Assembly: GCA_963739455.1 (NCBI GenBank)
Contig: CAVUAK010000001.1
Span: 1,664,001-1,728,000 of the forward strand
Reading direction: 5' to 3'
Source: an uncultured Gemmatimonadales bacterium
GTDB lineage: Bacteria; Gemmatimonadota; Gemmatimonadetes; Gemmatimonadales; GWC2-71-9
DNA: 64,000 bases
Shown: one piece after another, positions 31,073-40,756 of the stretch
Position numbering within the stretch: the stretch's first letter is position 1
How the letters are laid out: the number at the start of each line of letters is the position of its first letter
The notes under the pieces: model-generated
The model's input: only the letters and a program-made list of their open reading frames with translations
What the model was told of the DNA's origin: nothing
Database searches by the model: none
Made by a program: the position numbers and the translations under genes

Positions 31073-31867
31073 GTGAGGGCATTCTTCAAGCAGATCGCAG
31101 CACGAATGCCACACCGCTGGCAGCAAGAGGCGAAGCGGCACCTCTTCCGCTGGCGCATCGCGCGAAACCAGTACAGTGCCGATGAGCCGGAGGTACGGCT
31201 ACTCGATGGCTTGATTGAACCGGGCGACTGGGTTCTTGATGTAGGCGCCAACGTGGGTCACTACACCATGCGGTTGTCAGAGCTGGTTGGCCCGTCGGGA
31301 CGCGTTCTCGCGTTCGAACCAGTACCCGACTCCTTCGAGCTCCTGTCCGCAGCGGCGTGTCTGTCGCGCTTTTCCAATATCACGCTCTTCAATGCTGCCG
31401 CCTCTGACAACACCTCGCTCGCAAGCATGTCGATCCCACGCGGGCCCAGCGGGTTGCTCAACTACTATCGGGCCCAGCTGGGCATTGGCCCTGCCGATGT
31501 TCGCACGCTGTGCATCCCGATTGACTCGCTCCAGCTCGAGGCACGCGTCACGCTCGTGAAGATCGACGCCGAAGGCCACGAAATGTCGGTACTGCGTGGG
31601 ATGACCCGGCTTCTCGAGCGCGATCACCCTGTCCTGCTGATCGAGGACAGCTCTCAGGCAATTCCGGCATTCCTCGCTACGTTCGGCTACGGGATGACGC
31701 GTCAGGGCGACTCGTTCAACTGCACCTATCGCGCGAACAGCGGCCAGGCTGTTGGCGAGGGCATTGCCGCCCACACGCGTGATGGTACGACTCCGCTATA
31801 CCGCGACGCTGAGTGTGGCCACGAAGCCGGTGGTGACGTCGCCAGCAATCGACGGGATCTCGAGTGA
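31073..31867 (+). CDS. FkbM-family methyltransferase
   Basis: VLDVGANVG, VLAFEP, VKIDAEGHE.SVLRG, PVLLIE. Start uncertain. Confidence 0.88.
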   Translation: MRAFFKQIAARMPHRWQQEAKRHLFRWRIARNQYSADEPEVRLLDGLIEPGDWVLDVGANVGHYTMRLSELVGPSGRVLAFEPVPDSFELLSAAACLSRFSNITLFNAAASDNTSLASMSIPRGPSGLLNYYRAQLGIGPADVRTLCIPIDSLQLEARVTLVKIDAEGHEMSVLRGMTRLLERDHPVLLIEDSSQAIPAFLATFGYGMTRQGDSFNCTYRANSGQAVGEGIAAHTRDGTTPLYRDAECGHEAGGDVASNRRDLE

Positions 31868-32611
31868 CGCGCCGTCGCTGAAGACGTTGTCGGTCGCCAG
31901 GCTCGTCTGGGACAGGTTCAGGATGCTCTGCTCGTAACCCGCCGTTGCATACACCAGGTCACAGGTTGCTTTCGGCAGTGCGAGCTGCGAGGTGGCGACC
32001 TTGTTGCTCGCTGACGTCGCCGCGGCGAGGCTCGGGTACACCTCGAAGTGGATGTGCGGCCAGCGCCCCGAGTAGCACGCGGGGAAGATCGTCGTGAAAG
32101 TCACCTTGCCGTCGGCATCGGCTTCCTGGACGCCTCGCAGGTAGTTCTGGTTGGTTACTCCCGATGAATAGAGCGAGTAGCGCCCCTCCCGGTCGCAGTG
32201 CCAGATGTACACCGCGTATCCCGCCAGCGCCTCGCAACTGCTCGCCGAGATGATGCTGAGGGTTACCGTCAGCGGGATTCCCTCCGCCGTACCGGACAGG
32301 CCCGCGAAGCTGGACCGGATATCCCGGCGCACCACACCGGTGGAGGTGAGCACGTCTGGCCCATTGGACCCATCACCCGGGAAGGGACCGGCTGTCTCCT
32401 CGGGAATGGTCGCCTGGCAATTGTCGCCGTTTCCGTTCGTGTCCGCGACACTGTTGCCGCTGCCGCAGCCAAGCAGGGACACGACGCCCGCGCCGACGCT
32501 GGCACCGAAGACCAGGCGGATGACGTCCCGCCGGCGCATCGCGGAGCCAACCAGGGTGAGGTCCTTGTGCAGCCCCCCAAACTCGTCCTCGTGATCATCA
32601 CGTGCATGCAT
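31796..32611 (-). CDS. Intradiol ring-cleavage dioxygenase-like protein, probable Tat lipoprotein
   Basis: RRRDV...LLGC; ETAGPFP, VYIWHCDREGRYS, LRGVQ, TIFPACYSGRWPHIHFEV (Tyr/Tyr/His/His ligands). Confidence 0.9.
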   Translation of the reverse strand: MHARDDHEDEFGGLHKDLTLVGSAMRRRDVIRLVFGASVGAGVVSLLGCGSGNSVADTNGNGDNCQATIPEETAGPFPGDGSNGPDVLTSTGVVRRDIRSSFAGLSGTAEGIPLTVTLSIISASSCEALAGYAVYIWHCDREGRYSLYSSGVTNQNYLRGVQEADADGKVTFTTIFPACYSGRWPHIHFEVYPSLAAATSASNKVATSQLALPKATCDLVYATAGYEQSILNLSQTSLATDNVFSDGASLEIPSIAGDVTTGFVATLSVAV

Positions 32612-32740
32612 GGTCAGCTTCCCGGTTCGGCGCGGCGATATTGGATCGGTTGTCCGGATGAATACGCGTCTGCCCCGGTTACCGTTGGTAGCGAGCAGTT
32701 GTGAAGAGGCGAACTCACCTTGAAGTCATGGAGAAGGCAT

Positions 32741-33443
32741 ATGCGGATTGAGGATGTGAAGGCCCTGGTCACCGGTGGAAGCGCCGGGATCGGGTTCGAG
32801 GTGGCTCGGGCGCTCGTCGAGCGCGGGGCCAAGGTCGCCATCTCCGGCCGCGACGAGGTGCGCCTGAAGCAGGCTGCCGCTACGCCTCGGTGCCACGCCA
32901 GTTCAGGGCGACGTGAGTGTCGAGGCCGACGCGGTGCGCATGGTGCGGCGCACCATCGAGGCCTTCGGTGACTACAATGTGCTGGTGAACAATGCGGGAA
33001 TCGGTGTGTTTGCGCCGCTGCTCGAGACGACCGCAGAGGACATGCGCCGGGTGTGGGACGTGAACGTGCTCGGCGCCACCATCGTGGCGCGCGAATCGGC
33101 CCGGCACTTCGTACAGAAGAAGTACGGCGACATCATCAACATCTCGTCCACGTCGGGACTGCGTGGCGGGGCCGGCAGCAGCGCCTACGCCTCGACCAAG
33201 TTCGCGCTGCGCGGGCTCAGTGAGGTATGGCGGGCCGAGTTGAGGACCCACAATATCCGGGTCATGCTGCTCAACCCGAGCGAGGTCATCACCGAGTTCG
33301 CCCAGAGGGCCGGCCATGCGCAGCAGGATAACCCGTCGAAGCTCCGTGGCGCCGACATCGCCCACGCGGTGGTGGCGATGCTGGCGATGGAGGATCGTGG
33401 GTTCATCCCGGAGCTGAGCGTCTGGGCCACCAATCCGAGGTAG
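32741..33443 (+). CDS. Short-chain dehydrogenase/reductase (frameshift ~32886)
   Basis: TGGSAGIG, LVNNAG, NISS, YASTK. Confidence 0.9.
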
Positions 33444-33864
33444 GGATCCCCTGGTCTATTGCTAGCGCCACGGCACAGGCGTAGCCGGGGCCGTCGGCAT
33501 CGCCCGTCTCCAGTGCCACTACCTCGAAGCCGGTATCGCCGAGGACCTGCAGCAACGCTTCATCCGAAATTGGCGTGAACCCGGGTTGCGTCACGGCCAG
33601 GCACCGGACCCGCGCGGTCGGCAGGTAACCGACGGCCAGCGTGCCGCCAGCCTTGAGCACTCGGCGGACCTCCGTGAGGCACCGCTCGACGTCGGTCCAG
33701 AAGTGGACGGTGTTGACCGTGAGGACGCGGTCGAACGTCCCGGTGGGGAAGGGGAGCCCGAGACGACGGCCTGCCCCGGCACCGACGTGGAGCACCCTGT
33801 CGCCCGGGCGCGTACCGAGCAGCGCGACCATGCGGTGCGCTGCCGCAGTGGTCCCGTTCGTCAC
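33403..33864 (-). CDS. Class I methyltransferase-like protein, apparently internally deleted
   Basis: PGDRVLHVGAG joined directly to LPFPTGTFDRVLTVNTVHFW...RRVLKAGG; GTGA overlap with the upstream gene. Confidence 0.65.
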   Translation of the reverse strand: MTNGTTAAAHRMVALLGTRPGDRVLHVGAGAGRRLGLPFPTGTFDRVLTVNTVHFWTDVERCLTEVRRVLKAGGTLAVGYLPTARVRCLAVTQPGFTPISDEALLQVLGDTGFEVVALETGDADGPGYACAVALAIDQGIPTSDWWPRRSAPG

Positions 33865-34547
33865 GCGCGCCGCCGCCGCGCGAGCACCGTTCCAAGCACG
33901 ATCATCCAGAGGGGCAGCACATAGTTGTTGATCTCGGCGATCGTCGCGACCAAGGGTGTCACGTTGCGCCACATGGCCACGAGTCCGAGCACCGATGCCA
34001 CGATCCCGGCGCTGGCGACCCAGCCTGGAAACCCGTTCCGGCGAAGACCCAGCGCGGTGAAGAGGAAGAACAGGTTCAGCGACAGTTCGCCGACAAACTC
34101 GCCGATGTAGTTGCCGAGGAAGGAATTCAATCCGTCGAAGACACTCGCGATGGCCTGCTGCTCTGCACCTCCTGCCTTCACGTAGTGCGTCGCGAGCACC
34201 CATTGAATGCTCGGCCAGCGAAGCAGTCCCGCCATCATGGCGGCCGCCGCGATGACCGCGAAGACGACGGCCTGGCGCATGAGTCCGGGTGCGCGGGCCG
34301 CGAGGGCCTCATAGGCCCCGAGGGCGGCCGGGACGAGCAGCAGGGGGATCATTCCGTACAATGCCCAGACGGCGCGGCCGGCCGGGCCGAGCGCCAGGAG
34401 CTGGGGCAGCACGTCGGCGGCCTGTCCATCGAGCACGTCCGGATAGTTGAACGCGCGGGCGAGATAGGCGAACACCGCCATGAACAGGACCGCGGCGGCA
34501 ATGAGCGCCCAGCCGCCGATCTGGACCGACCTGTCTCGTGTGGTCAC
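33861..34547 (-). CDS. DUF4386-like membrane protein
   Basis: YLARAFNYPDVLD, GLLRWP, LNSFLGNYIGEFVGE; six hydrophobic helices. Confidence 0.75.
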   Translation of the reverse strand: MTTRDRSVQIGGWALIAAAVLFMAVFAYLARAFNYPDVLDGQAADVLPQLLALGPAGRAVWALYGMIPLLLVPAALGAYEALAARAPGLMRQAVVFAVIAAAAMMAGLLRWPSIQWVLATHYVKAGGAEQQAIASVFDGLNSFLGNYIGEFVGELSLNLFFLFTALGLRRNGFPGWVASAGIVASVLGLVAMWRNVTPLVATIAEINNYVLPLWMIVLGTVLARRRRA

Positions 34548-34999
34548 TTGCCCCCCAGGCGAATATCGAGGCCGATCGTCGGGTTGACGCGGACTTCTCC
34601 GTTGAACGCGGTAATCACGCCGACACCGCCGCGAAGTGCCAGCCACTTCACCACCGGCACCCGGACGCCTGCCTCGGTAATGATGCCGTTGCTCCAGTCG
34701 TCGTCGAGGCTCACCAGGAGTCCCGGGGAGATGAACGGCGCCACGCCGTGTGAGCGGAGGTACGCCGAGAACCCGAAGCGGAGGAAGTTCGTGTTCTCGT
34801 TCTCGGTCTGCCCGTCAGCCTTGAGTCGCGTTGGGTAGAATCCACCGTTCACGGCGAAGGCGCCGCGACGGAACTCCAGGCCGGTGGAGGGCGACCGGAA
34901 CACGGTGAGGTACAACCCTTGTGGCTTCGGCGCCTGGGCATGGGCCACGGAGGCGGACAGCAGGGCGATCAGGGCGAGGGTGGTGGCGGTAAGCTTCAT
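34544..34999 (-). CDS. Small secreted beta-rich protein (possible small barrel)
   Basis: AGGAG RBS, signal peptide MKLTATTLALIALLSASVAHA, alternating strands ending IGLDIRL. Confidence 0.7.
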   Translation of the reverse strand: MKLTATTLALIALLSASVAHAQAPKPQGLYLTVFRSPSTGLEFRRGAFAVNGGFYPTRLKADGQTENENTNFLRFGFSAYLRSHGVAPFISPGLLVSLDDDWSNGIITEAGVRVPVVKWLALRGGVGVITAFNGEVRVNPTIGLDIRLGGK

Positions 35000-35133
35000 G
35001 GTGTTGCTCCTGGCTGAGGGTGAACTTCGTGCCAGGTAAACTCGGAAATTGGGCGGTCCGGGACATTGATCGCGTGCGCCGTTTGCTTGGCGGATGGCGC
35101 CGACCTGGTGGCGGACCCTTGGGAGGGGACGGG

Positions 35134-36195
35134 ATGCGAGAGACTACCGTCGCAACGTCACTCATCATTGACATGGTGAACCAGCTGGAGGGGCGAGGCT
35201 TCCCGCCGGCCGAGGTGTGTCGTCGCGCGCGCGTCGACCCGGGCTTCCTCTCCCGGCCGCATGATCGCATCCAGGGGTCGGCGGTCGAGCGGATGTGGCA
35301 GGTGGGAGAAGAGCTCACGGGCGACCCGCTGCTGGGGCTGCACCTCACCGAGCACTATCGCACGGGCGCCATCAACATCCTGGGCTACGTCTTCCTCAAC
35401 TGCCGCACAGTGGCGGACGTGCTGGAGCGCCTGTCGCGCTTCGCCGTGCTGCTGAACGATGGCTTGAAGGTGCGCATCGAGCGCGAGGAGGGGCGGGCGG
35501 TCGTGCACCTCGAGGCGGTCGAGGGGCTGGACAACTTCCTCCTCCGGAATGGCCGCCAGGTCATGGAAACGATGGCGGCTGGCGTGGTACTGACGCTGCG
35601 GAGCCTCAGTGGCGGCGCATTCGTCCCGGCCCAGGTCTGGTTCCGGCACGCCGCGGCCGGTGACGTCTCGGAGTATCACCGGATCTTTGGCACGATGGTG
35701 CGCTTCGGGATGCCCGAACATCGCGTCGCCCTTCGCCTGGCCGAGCTGGATACGGTGATCCCCGCGGCGGATCCGTCGCTGTTGGCGCTGTTCGAGCGCC
35801 ATGCCATCGGACGGCTGGATGAACTGGAAAAGCTGGGAGGGAGCAGTCAGCGAGTGATGCGCCTGCTGACGGCGCGACTGACCGGCACGGTTCCGCCCGT
35901 CGGCGTCATTGCCGCCGAGTTGGCGATGAGCGGTCGTCAGTTGCAGCGAGTGCTGCAGGATGAGGGGACCAGCTATCAGGCGCTGCTGGACCAGGCGCGC
36001 CGCGAGCTGGCGATGGCCCAGCTCAAGGTCCCCGACACCACCGCGGCTGAAGTGGCGCTGATGCTTGGCTATTCGGAAGCTGGTGCGTTCACCCGGGCGT
36101 TCCGTCGCTGGACCGGGACGACGCCCGGTGCCTTTGCCGCAAAGCAGGCGCCCCACCAGCGACGGGGCGCTGGTGGGGCGACACTTTCTGGCTGA
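35134..36195 (+). CDS. AraC-family regulator (OruR/Arabinose_bd_2 type)
   Basis: DPLLGLH, GYVFLNC, IAAELAMSGRQLQRVL.DEGTSY, VALMLGYSEAGAFTRAFRRWTG.TP. Confidence 0.93.
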   Translation: MRETTVATSLIIDMVNQLEGRGFPPAEVCRRARVDPGFLSRPHDRIQGSAVERMWQVGEELTGDPLLGLHLTEHYRTGAINILGYVFLNCRTVADVLERLSRFAVLLNDGLKVRIEREEGRAVVHLEAVEGLDNFLLRNGRQVMETMAAGVVLTLRSLSGGAFVPAQVWFRHAAAGDVSEYHRIFGTMVRFGMPEHRVALRLAELDTVIPAADPSLLALFERHAIGRLDELEKLGGSSQRVMRLLTARLTGTVPPVGVIAAELAMSGRQLQRVLQDEGTSYQALLDQARRELAMAQLKVPDTTAAEVALMLGYSEAGAFTRAFRRWTGTTPGAFAAKQAPHQRRGAGGATLSG

Positions 36196-36269
36196 TGGGC
36201 CCGGCGCGATTCGAACGCGCGACCTCTTGCTCCGGAGGCAAGCGCTCTATCCAGCTGAGCTACGGACCC
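36196..36269 (-). tRNA. tRNA-Arg(CCG)
   Basis: GGGTCCGTAGCTCAGCTGGATAGAGCG CTTGC-CTCCGGA-GCAAG AGGTCGCGCGTTCGAATCGCGCCGGGCCCA cloverleaf; CCA not encoded. Confidence 0.97.
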
Positions 36270-36355
36270 GGGTGTGACAAGGGGCAGAAAACTCGCTCAG
36301 GGTAGGCGGTTACGCAACCAGCCGGCGCCGTGACAATCCGGCGGTAAGATCTGCC

Positions 36356-37249
36356 ATGACAGTCGCCGCCGAACCCCTCCAGCCAGCCACCGCCGAACCC
36401 CCTCCGCCTCCGCCAGCTGCCGATGCAGCCATGGCGGCCATCGCCGACGCAGGACGGAGGTTTCGCCGGGCTCGCAAGCGCTTCCTCGAGCGCGAGGACG
36501 CCGAGTCCCTCCACGGCCTCCGGGTGGCCCTGCGAAGGTTGCGGGCGGTGTTCACCCTCTTTCGCCCTGTCCTGGTGCTGCCTCGCCGCCTGGCGGACCG
36601 GGACCTTCGCCGCGCCGGTCACGATCTCGCCGAGTTGCGCGACCAGGATGTGGCCCTCGAGGCCATCCGCGGCGCGCCCTCCGATGGCCCCGACATGGGC
36701 GCCAACCTTCGGCGCCTGGAGCGCCGTCGCCGGCGCGAGGCCGGCCGCGTTGCCGAACGCCTGCGCAGTTCACGGGTGCGCGGCATGCTTCGCGCCCTCC
36801 GCCGGTGGGACAAGTCGCCCGCCTTCAGCGTCGATGAGGACACGCCTGCCACGGTGGTCCTGACTGGCCTGCGCGCGCGCGTAGCCGCGGTCGAGCTGCA
36901 CCCTGCCTGGTCGCTTACGCTCCTCGCCGATGCCACCGGCGCGCTTCGCGCACCAGACGCGATCTATGATGAGGAGACCACCGCCGAGCTCCTTCACCAG
37001 TTGCGCCGTCGAATCAAGCAGGTGCGCTATCAGCTGGAAGTGGTGGCTCGCGTGTTCAACCGCGACTGGATGACGGAGCTCGAGCGGTTGCGGGTGCTGC
37101 AGGAGTCACTCGGGGTGGTACAGGATCTCCGCGTCCTCGGGCCGCTGGGCACCCTCGATTACGAACGAGTGTCGTCAGCAACCGACGCTTGGGAAGAGTT
37201 GCGGGGCGAGCGGCTGGGGCGCGTGCGGGAACTGCTCGACCGGCCCTAG
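36356..37249 (+). CDS. CHAD domain protein (polyphosphate-binding family)
   Basis: ESLHGLRVALRRLRA, LRDQDV, LHQLRRRIKQVRYQLE, LQESLGVVQD. Confidence 0.9.
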   Translation: MTVAAEPLQPATAEPPPPPPAADAAMAAIADAGRRFRRARKRFLEREDAESLHGLRVALRRLRAVFTLFRPVLVLPRRLADRDLRRAGHDLAELRDQDVALEAIRGAPSDGPDMGANLRRLERRRRREAGRVAERLRSSRVRGMLRALRRWDKSPAFSVDEDTPATVVLTGLRARVAAVELHPAWSLTLLADATGALRAPDAIYDEETTAELLHQLRRRIKQVRYQLEVVARVFNRDWMTELERLRVLQESLGVVQDLRVLGPLGTLDYERVSSATDAWEELRGERLGRVRELLDRP

Positions 37250-38728
37250 CGTCCGCGTTGCGCGCCCGCCGGTTGCCGCCGGGCGAACTGCTCACGCGGC
37301 GCGCGTCCAGGCTGCCATACCGCTCGTCCATCGATGCCCTCGGGTACCCGCACATCGAGCCAGTCCAGCAGGGCAGGGAACACGTCGGCGGTGCGCATCG
37401 GTGCGGCCGGCAGCGGACGGTTGGTCCACAGCGGCGTATGCATGTGCGCGCGGATCAGGCTGCCGTGCCCCGACTTGTGCTCCGGAATCTCGTACCGGCC
37501 GCGGAAGTCGTACCCCTCACGGGCCGCAATGACCAGGTCGCCGGCACGCGGCGACGAGAACTGGTCGAGCAGGTGCACCGCTGCATCGGGATAGGCGGCA
37601 TCGAAGGTGTGTGCCAGCCACTCGTCACGGTCTCCCGTGAAGGACGCGCCAAGCTCGAGCGGGTCACCCGAGAGCAGGGTGTAGCGAATCGTGTCCTGGT
37701 CCCTGGTAATGATCGCCTCGCCCGAGGATGAGGCGACCCTGACATTCCCGTCACGGTCCTCGGCGGCCACGAACGCCACCGCGGGCTCGCGCACCAGCGC
37801 CGCGACGAGATCCTCGCTCGACCCGAACGCTTCCGGACGGCGCAGCTGCTCCATGGTCCAGCGCTCGGTGCGACGGTCGCCGGGACGGGCGTAGATCGAC
37901 GCGAACGCGTTGCCCGCCACCATCACCGCCACGCGCGGGTTCCGCGCCCACAGCACCGGGTGATGCAGCGTCGGCACCCCGCGGGCGATGAACCACTGGG
38001 CCAGGTCCACGTGGGTGTGCATCTTCGTCGCGCCATGGTCGCTCACCAGCACGAACAGCGTGTCGTCCAGTTCGCCCTTCTCGTCGAGTCGCACCATCGT
38101 CTGGCCGATCGACCGATCGATCAGTCGGAGCGCCTCGAGCACCTTCGGCGAGTCGGGTGATGCGTTGTGGGTGTAGCCGTCCACCGCCGGGAACTGGGTG
38201 AAGACGAATCGCCATGGCCCGTCCACCGCCGCCAGCAGCTCGCGCGCGGCCCGATTGTCGAGCGCCCCGTAGCAGTCCACGTAGTGCGCCACGCCCCCCA
38301 GCACCTTGCGCGCGTTTCGCGCCGGGTCGCGCTCCGGCGGCAGCCCGCGCGTGATCATCGTGAAGATGCCGAGGCTGTCGGGCACGAGCTGGAAGATGGT
38401 CTGCACCTCGGCTCGCGATGTCGTCATCGAGCAGCGCCGACTGGTAGCCGCAGTAGTTCCGCACTTCGTTGCGGTTCTTCCACCAGCGACCGCCATATGT
38501 GCTGCGGTCGAGCCAGCGGATCGACGGGATGTTGCACGTGCCCGGGAAGCAACCGGTGAGGAACGGCAGGTATCCGACGCTGGTCGTGGTCGGAAAGACG
38601 CTGACAGCCCGGGCGCGTGAGCCTCGTTCGGTCAGCACCTTCAGGTTCGGCAGCTGGCCCGCCGCGATAGCCGCCTCGGCGATATCGGGCCGCAACCCGT
38701 CCACCAGGATCAGGAAAGCACGCTTCAC
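37246..38728 (-). CDS. Alkaline phosphatase superfamily / type I phosphodiesterase-NPP (frameshift ~38414)
   Basis: LILVDGLR, SVFPTTT nucleophile, DGYTH, VSDHG, SGHGSL. Confidence 0.88.
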
Positions 38729-39429
38729 ACCGACTCCGGCGTGGGGGTCACCGGCACCACGGGCACGACGGCCTCGAGTGGTGCGCGGTTCATCTGCCGC
38801 ATCTTGAAGATCATGGCGCCCAGGAACACCAGCCCAAGGCTGAACAGGATGGCCGGCGGCACCTTGAGCGCGATGCCGAGCTGTGCCAGCAGCGCGTAGC
38901 GCAGGCCGCGGCCAAGGATCACCGAGCCCTGGTACTTCCACATCGGGTAGTTATCCAGCACCGCCAGGAAACGCATCGGGTAGTGCGGGATGATCGGCAG
39001 GATGCAGGTGCTCACCAGCGTCCAGAACGGTGCCTTGCGGTACCAGTAGAGCGCCCACCCCGTGATGCGATGTCCCCGGAAGCCGCGCGTGCCCTCGCGC
39101 GAAAGCAGCCGGGCCAGGAGCTCCATGTTCCAGTACTCGATGATCACCGTGCCGACGGTGCCCACCAGCACAATGAGCCATATCGGGTACAGCGGACCGA
39201 GGTACACCACGGCGGGATCATACGGCAGCGGCGCCAGCGAGTTTCCCACGAACGAATAGGGAAGGAAGAGCCACATCCTGGCGTGCGACGGCTGCCAGCG
39301 GGCGCCGGCGAACGCCACCGCCGTGAGGATGAGCATGACGGCTGGCCATAGCCAGACGGGAACCGCCGGGGGCAGGGCCCGCGGCGGTTCCGGAACCAGC
39401 TCAATGATGTCCCGTTCGTCCTTCTTCAC
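38725..39429 (-). CDS. VTT/DedA-like membrane protein
   Basis: AGGAG + GTG; LAPLPYDP, GTVGTVI, LPIIPHYPMRFLA, GRGLRY. Confidence 0.7.
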   Translation of the reverse strand: MKKDERDIIELVPEPPRALPPAVPVWLWPAVMLILTAVAFAGARWQPSHARMWLFLPYSFVGNSLAPLPYDPAVVYLGPLYPIWLIVLVGTVGTVIIEYWNMELLARLLSREGTRGFRGHRITGWALYWYRKAPFWTLVSTCILPIIPHYPMRFLAVLDNYPMWKYQGSVILGRGLRYALLAQLGIALKVPPAILFSLGLVFLGAMIFKMRQMNRAPLEAVVPVVPVTPTPESV

Positions 39430-39561
39430 TCGCGCTCCTGTCCTGGACCGTTCCCAAGGTGCGGGAACGCTATTCGGGCCGGGGCCTCGAAGCAACTTCC
39501 GGGATCCGGTATGCAGGTGACGGCGTTTCAGGGGGACAGAACGTCTCTCCGGAGAAGACAA

Positions 39562-40389
39562 ATGCCACGAATCCTGGCCGCCGCTCCTTTGCTCCTTCTG
39601 CTTCAGGTCTTCACGCCCTCAGGCCCTCATGTCGCAGCCACCACGACCCGGCTCCGCCGTGGCACAATACCAGTTGGCTCAACACCGACCAGCCGCTGAC
39701 GCTGGAATCGCTTCGGGGCAAGGTGGTGCTCGCTCAACTTCTGGACATTTACCTGCTACAACTGCACCAACACCGTCCCCTCGCTGGTGGATTTCGACGC
39801 CCGCTTCCGGGACAAGGGCCTCGTCATCATCGGGATGCACGACCCCGAGTTTCCGCCCAGCGGCGGCGAGCACGCCAGGGCGAATGTCCAGGGCGCGCTG
39901 CTGGATCACGGCATCAAGTATCCCAATGCGCAGGACAATGACCACGCCACCTGGAATCTCTACGGCATCCGTGCCTGGCCCAGCTTCGTGCTGATCGACA
40001 AGAAGGGCAACATCCGCTACGAGGGAGCCGGTGAGTTCCATGTGGGCGACCAGTGGTACAGGCAGTGGGAAGCCCGCATCCAGGAGCTGCTCGCCGAGCA
40101 GGTCGCCTCGGTTGACGTCCAGGTCATTCCATCCGGCGACCGTGTCGTGATTCGCGCCGTCGCGGCGCCGGGCACGAAGATCAACGCCCGCCTCGCGCCC
40201 CAGCTCGAACTCGCCTCGGGCCGGACCGAGCGGCTGACGAGCTCGAGTGTCACTGCCGATTCCGCCTACTTCACCGCTCCCCCCGAAGTCACCATCCCCG
40301 GCAGTACACCGCTGGCTGGCGCACGTTTCCGCGCCAGCGTCTGCGACTCCGGCGCCGCCGTCTGCCGGGTCGTGACCGTGCCGCTCTAG
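39562..40389 (+). CDS. Exported redoxin (DipZ/TlpA-like thioredoxin) with C-terminal Cys-pair domain; frameshifts ~39650 and ~39732
   Basis: WLNTDQPLTLESLRGKVVL, NFWTFTCYNC, IGMHDPEF, AWPSFVLIDKKGNIRY..AGE. Confidence 0.85.
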
Positions 40390-40404
40390 GTACTGCTCCC
40401 GGAT

Positions 40405-40480
40405 CCTCCGCAGTTGGTTCCTCCGCTGTTCAGTTCCCCCTCACGCAGTCGCCTGTTCCCCCTCACGCGGTTCAGTTCCT
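40405..40480. repeat. 21-bp unit intergenic repeat, degenerate locus 4
   Basis: CCTCCGCAGTTGGTT CCTCCGCTGTTCAGTTCCC CCTCACGCAGTCGCCTGTTCCC CCTCACGCGGTTCAGTTCC. Confidence 0.65.
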
Positions 40481-40571
40481 AACAACTCCCAAACACCCAA
40501 CGCTCCCATCCTCACCCCTCCCAAACGCCCCCAGCTCGTAGCATTCCTCCGCACCCAACATTGAGGCGTCG

Positions 40572-40653
40572 GTGGACCTGCTGATGATTGGAATTCTCGC
40601 GGTGCTGGTGGTCGCAACGGCCGGGTCTGATCCGGCTCTGCGCCAGGCTCTAG
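40572..40653 (+). CDS. Small hydrophobic peptide upstream of kdpF (one extra G at ~40624)
   Basis: GAGG then GTG; reads MDLLMIGILAVLVVATAGLIRLCARL* after removing one base; TAG abuts the kdpF RBS. Confidence 0.6.
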
Positions 40654-40663
40654 GGAGGAGCGG

Positions 40664-40756
40664 ATGAACGGACTCTACATACTCGGTGCCATCGTGGCCG
40701 CCGCACTCCTCGGCTACCTGGTATTCGCGTTGCTCAAGCCGGAGAGCCTGTCATGA
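40664..40756 (+). CDS. kdpF: K+-transporting ATPase subunit F
   Basis: [40 protein letters not shown] (YL..ALLKPE motif); ATGA overlap with kdpA. Too short for the ORF track. Confidence 0.92.
   Translation: MNGLYILGAIVAAALLGYLVFALLKPESLS

Noticed and set aside
31796..31867. 72-nt convergent overlap of FkbM and dioxygenase genes as a regulatory feature
   Set aside because: The FkbM tail looks like non-conserved read-through; nothing supports a function.
35018..35036. Sigma54 promoter CTGGCACGAAGTTCAC on the minus strand
   Set aside because: Good -24 element but no GC at -12.
40390..40571. c-di-AMP (ydaO) riboswitch upstream of kdp
   Set aside because: No GCTGAA or GGGGGA conserved elements; the region is explained by the repeat and promoter.
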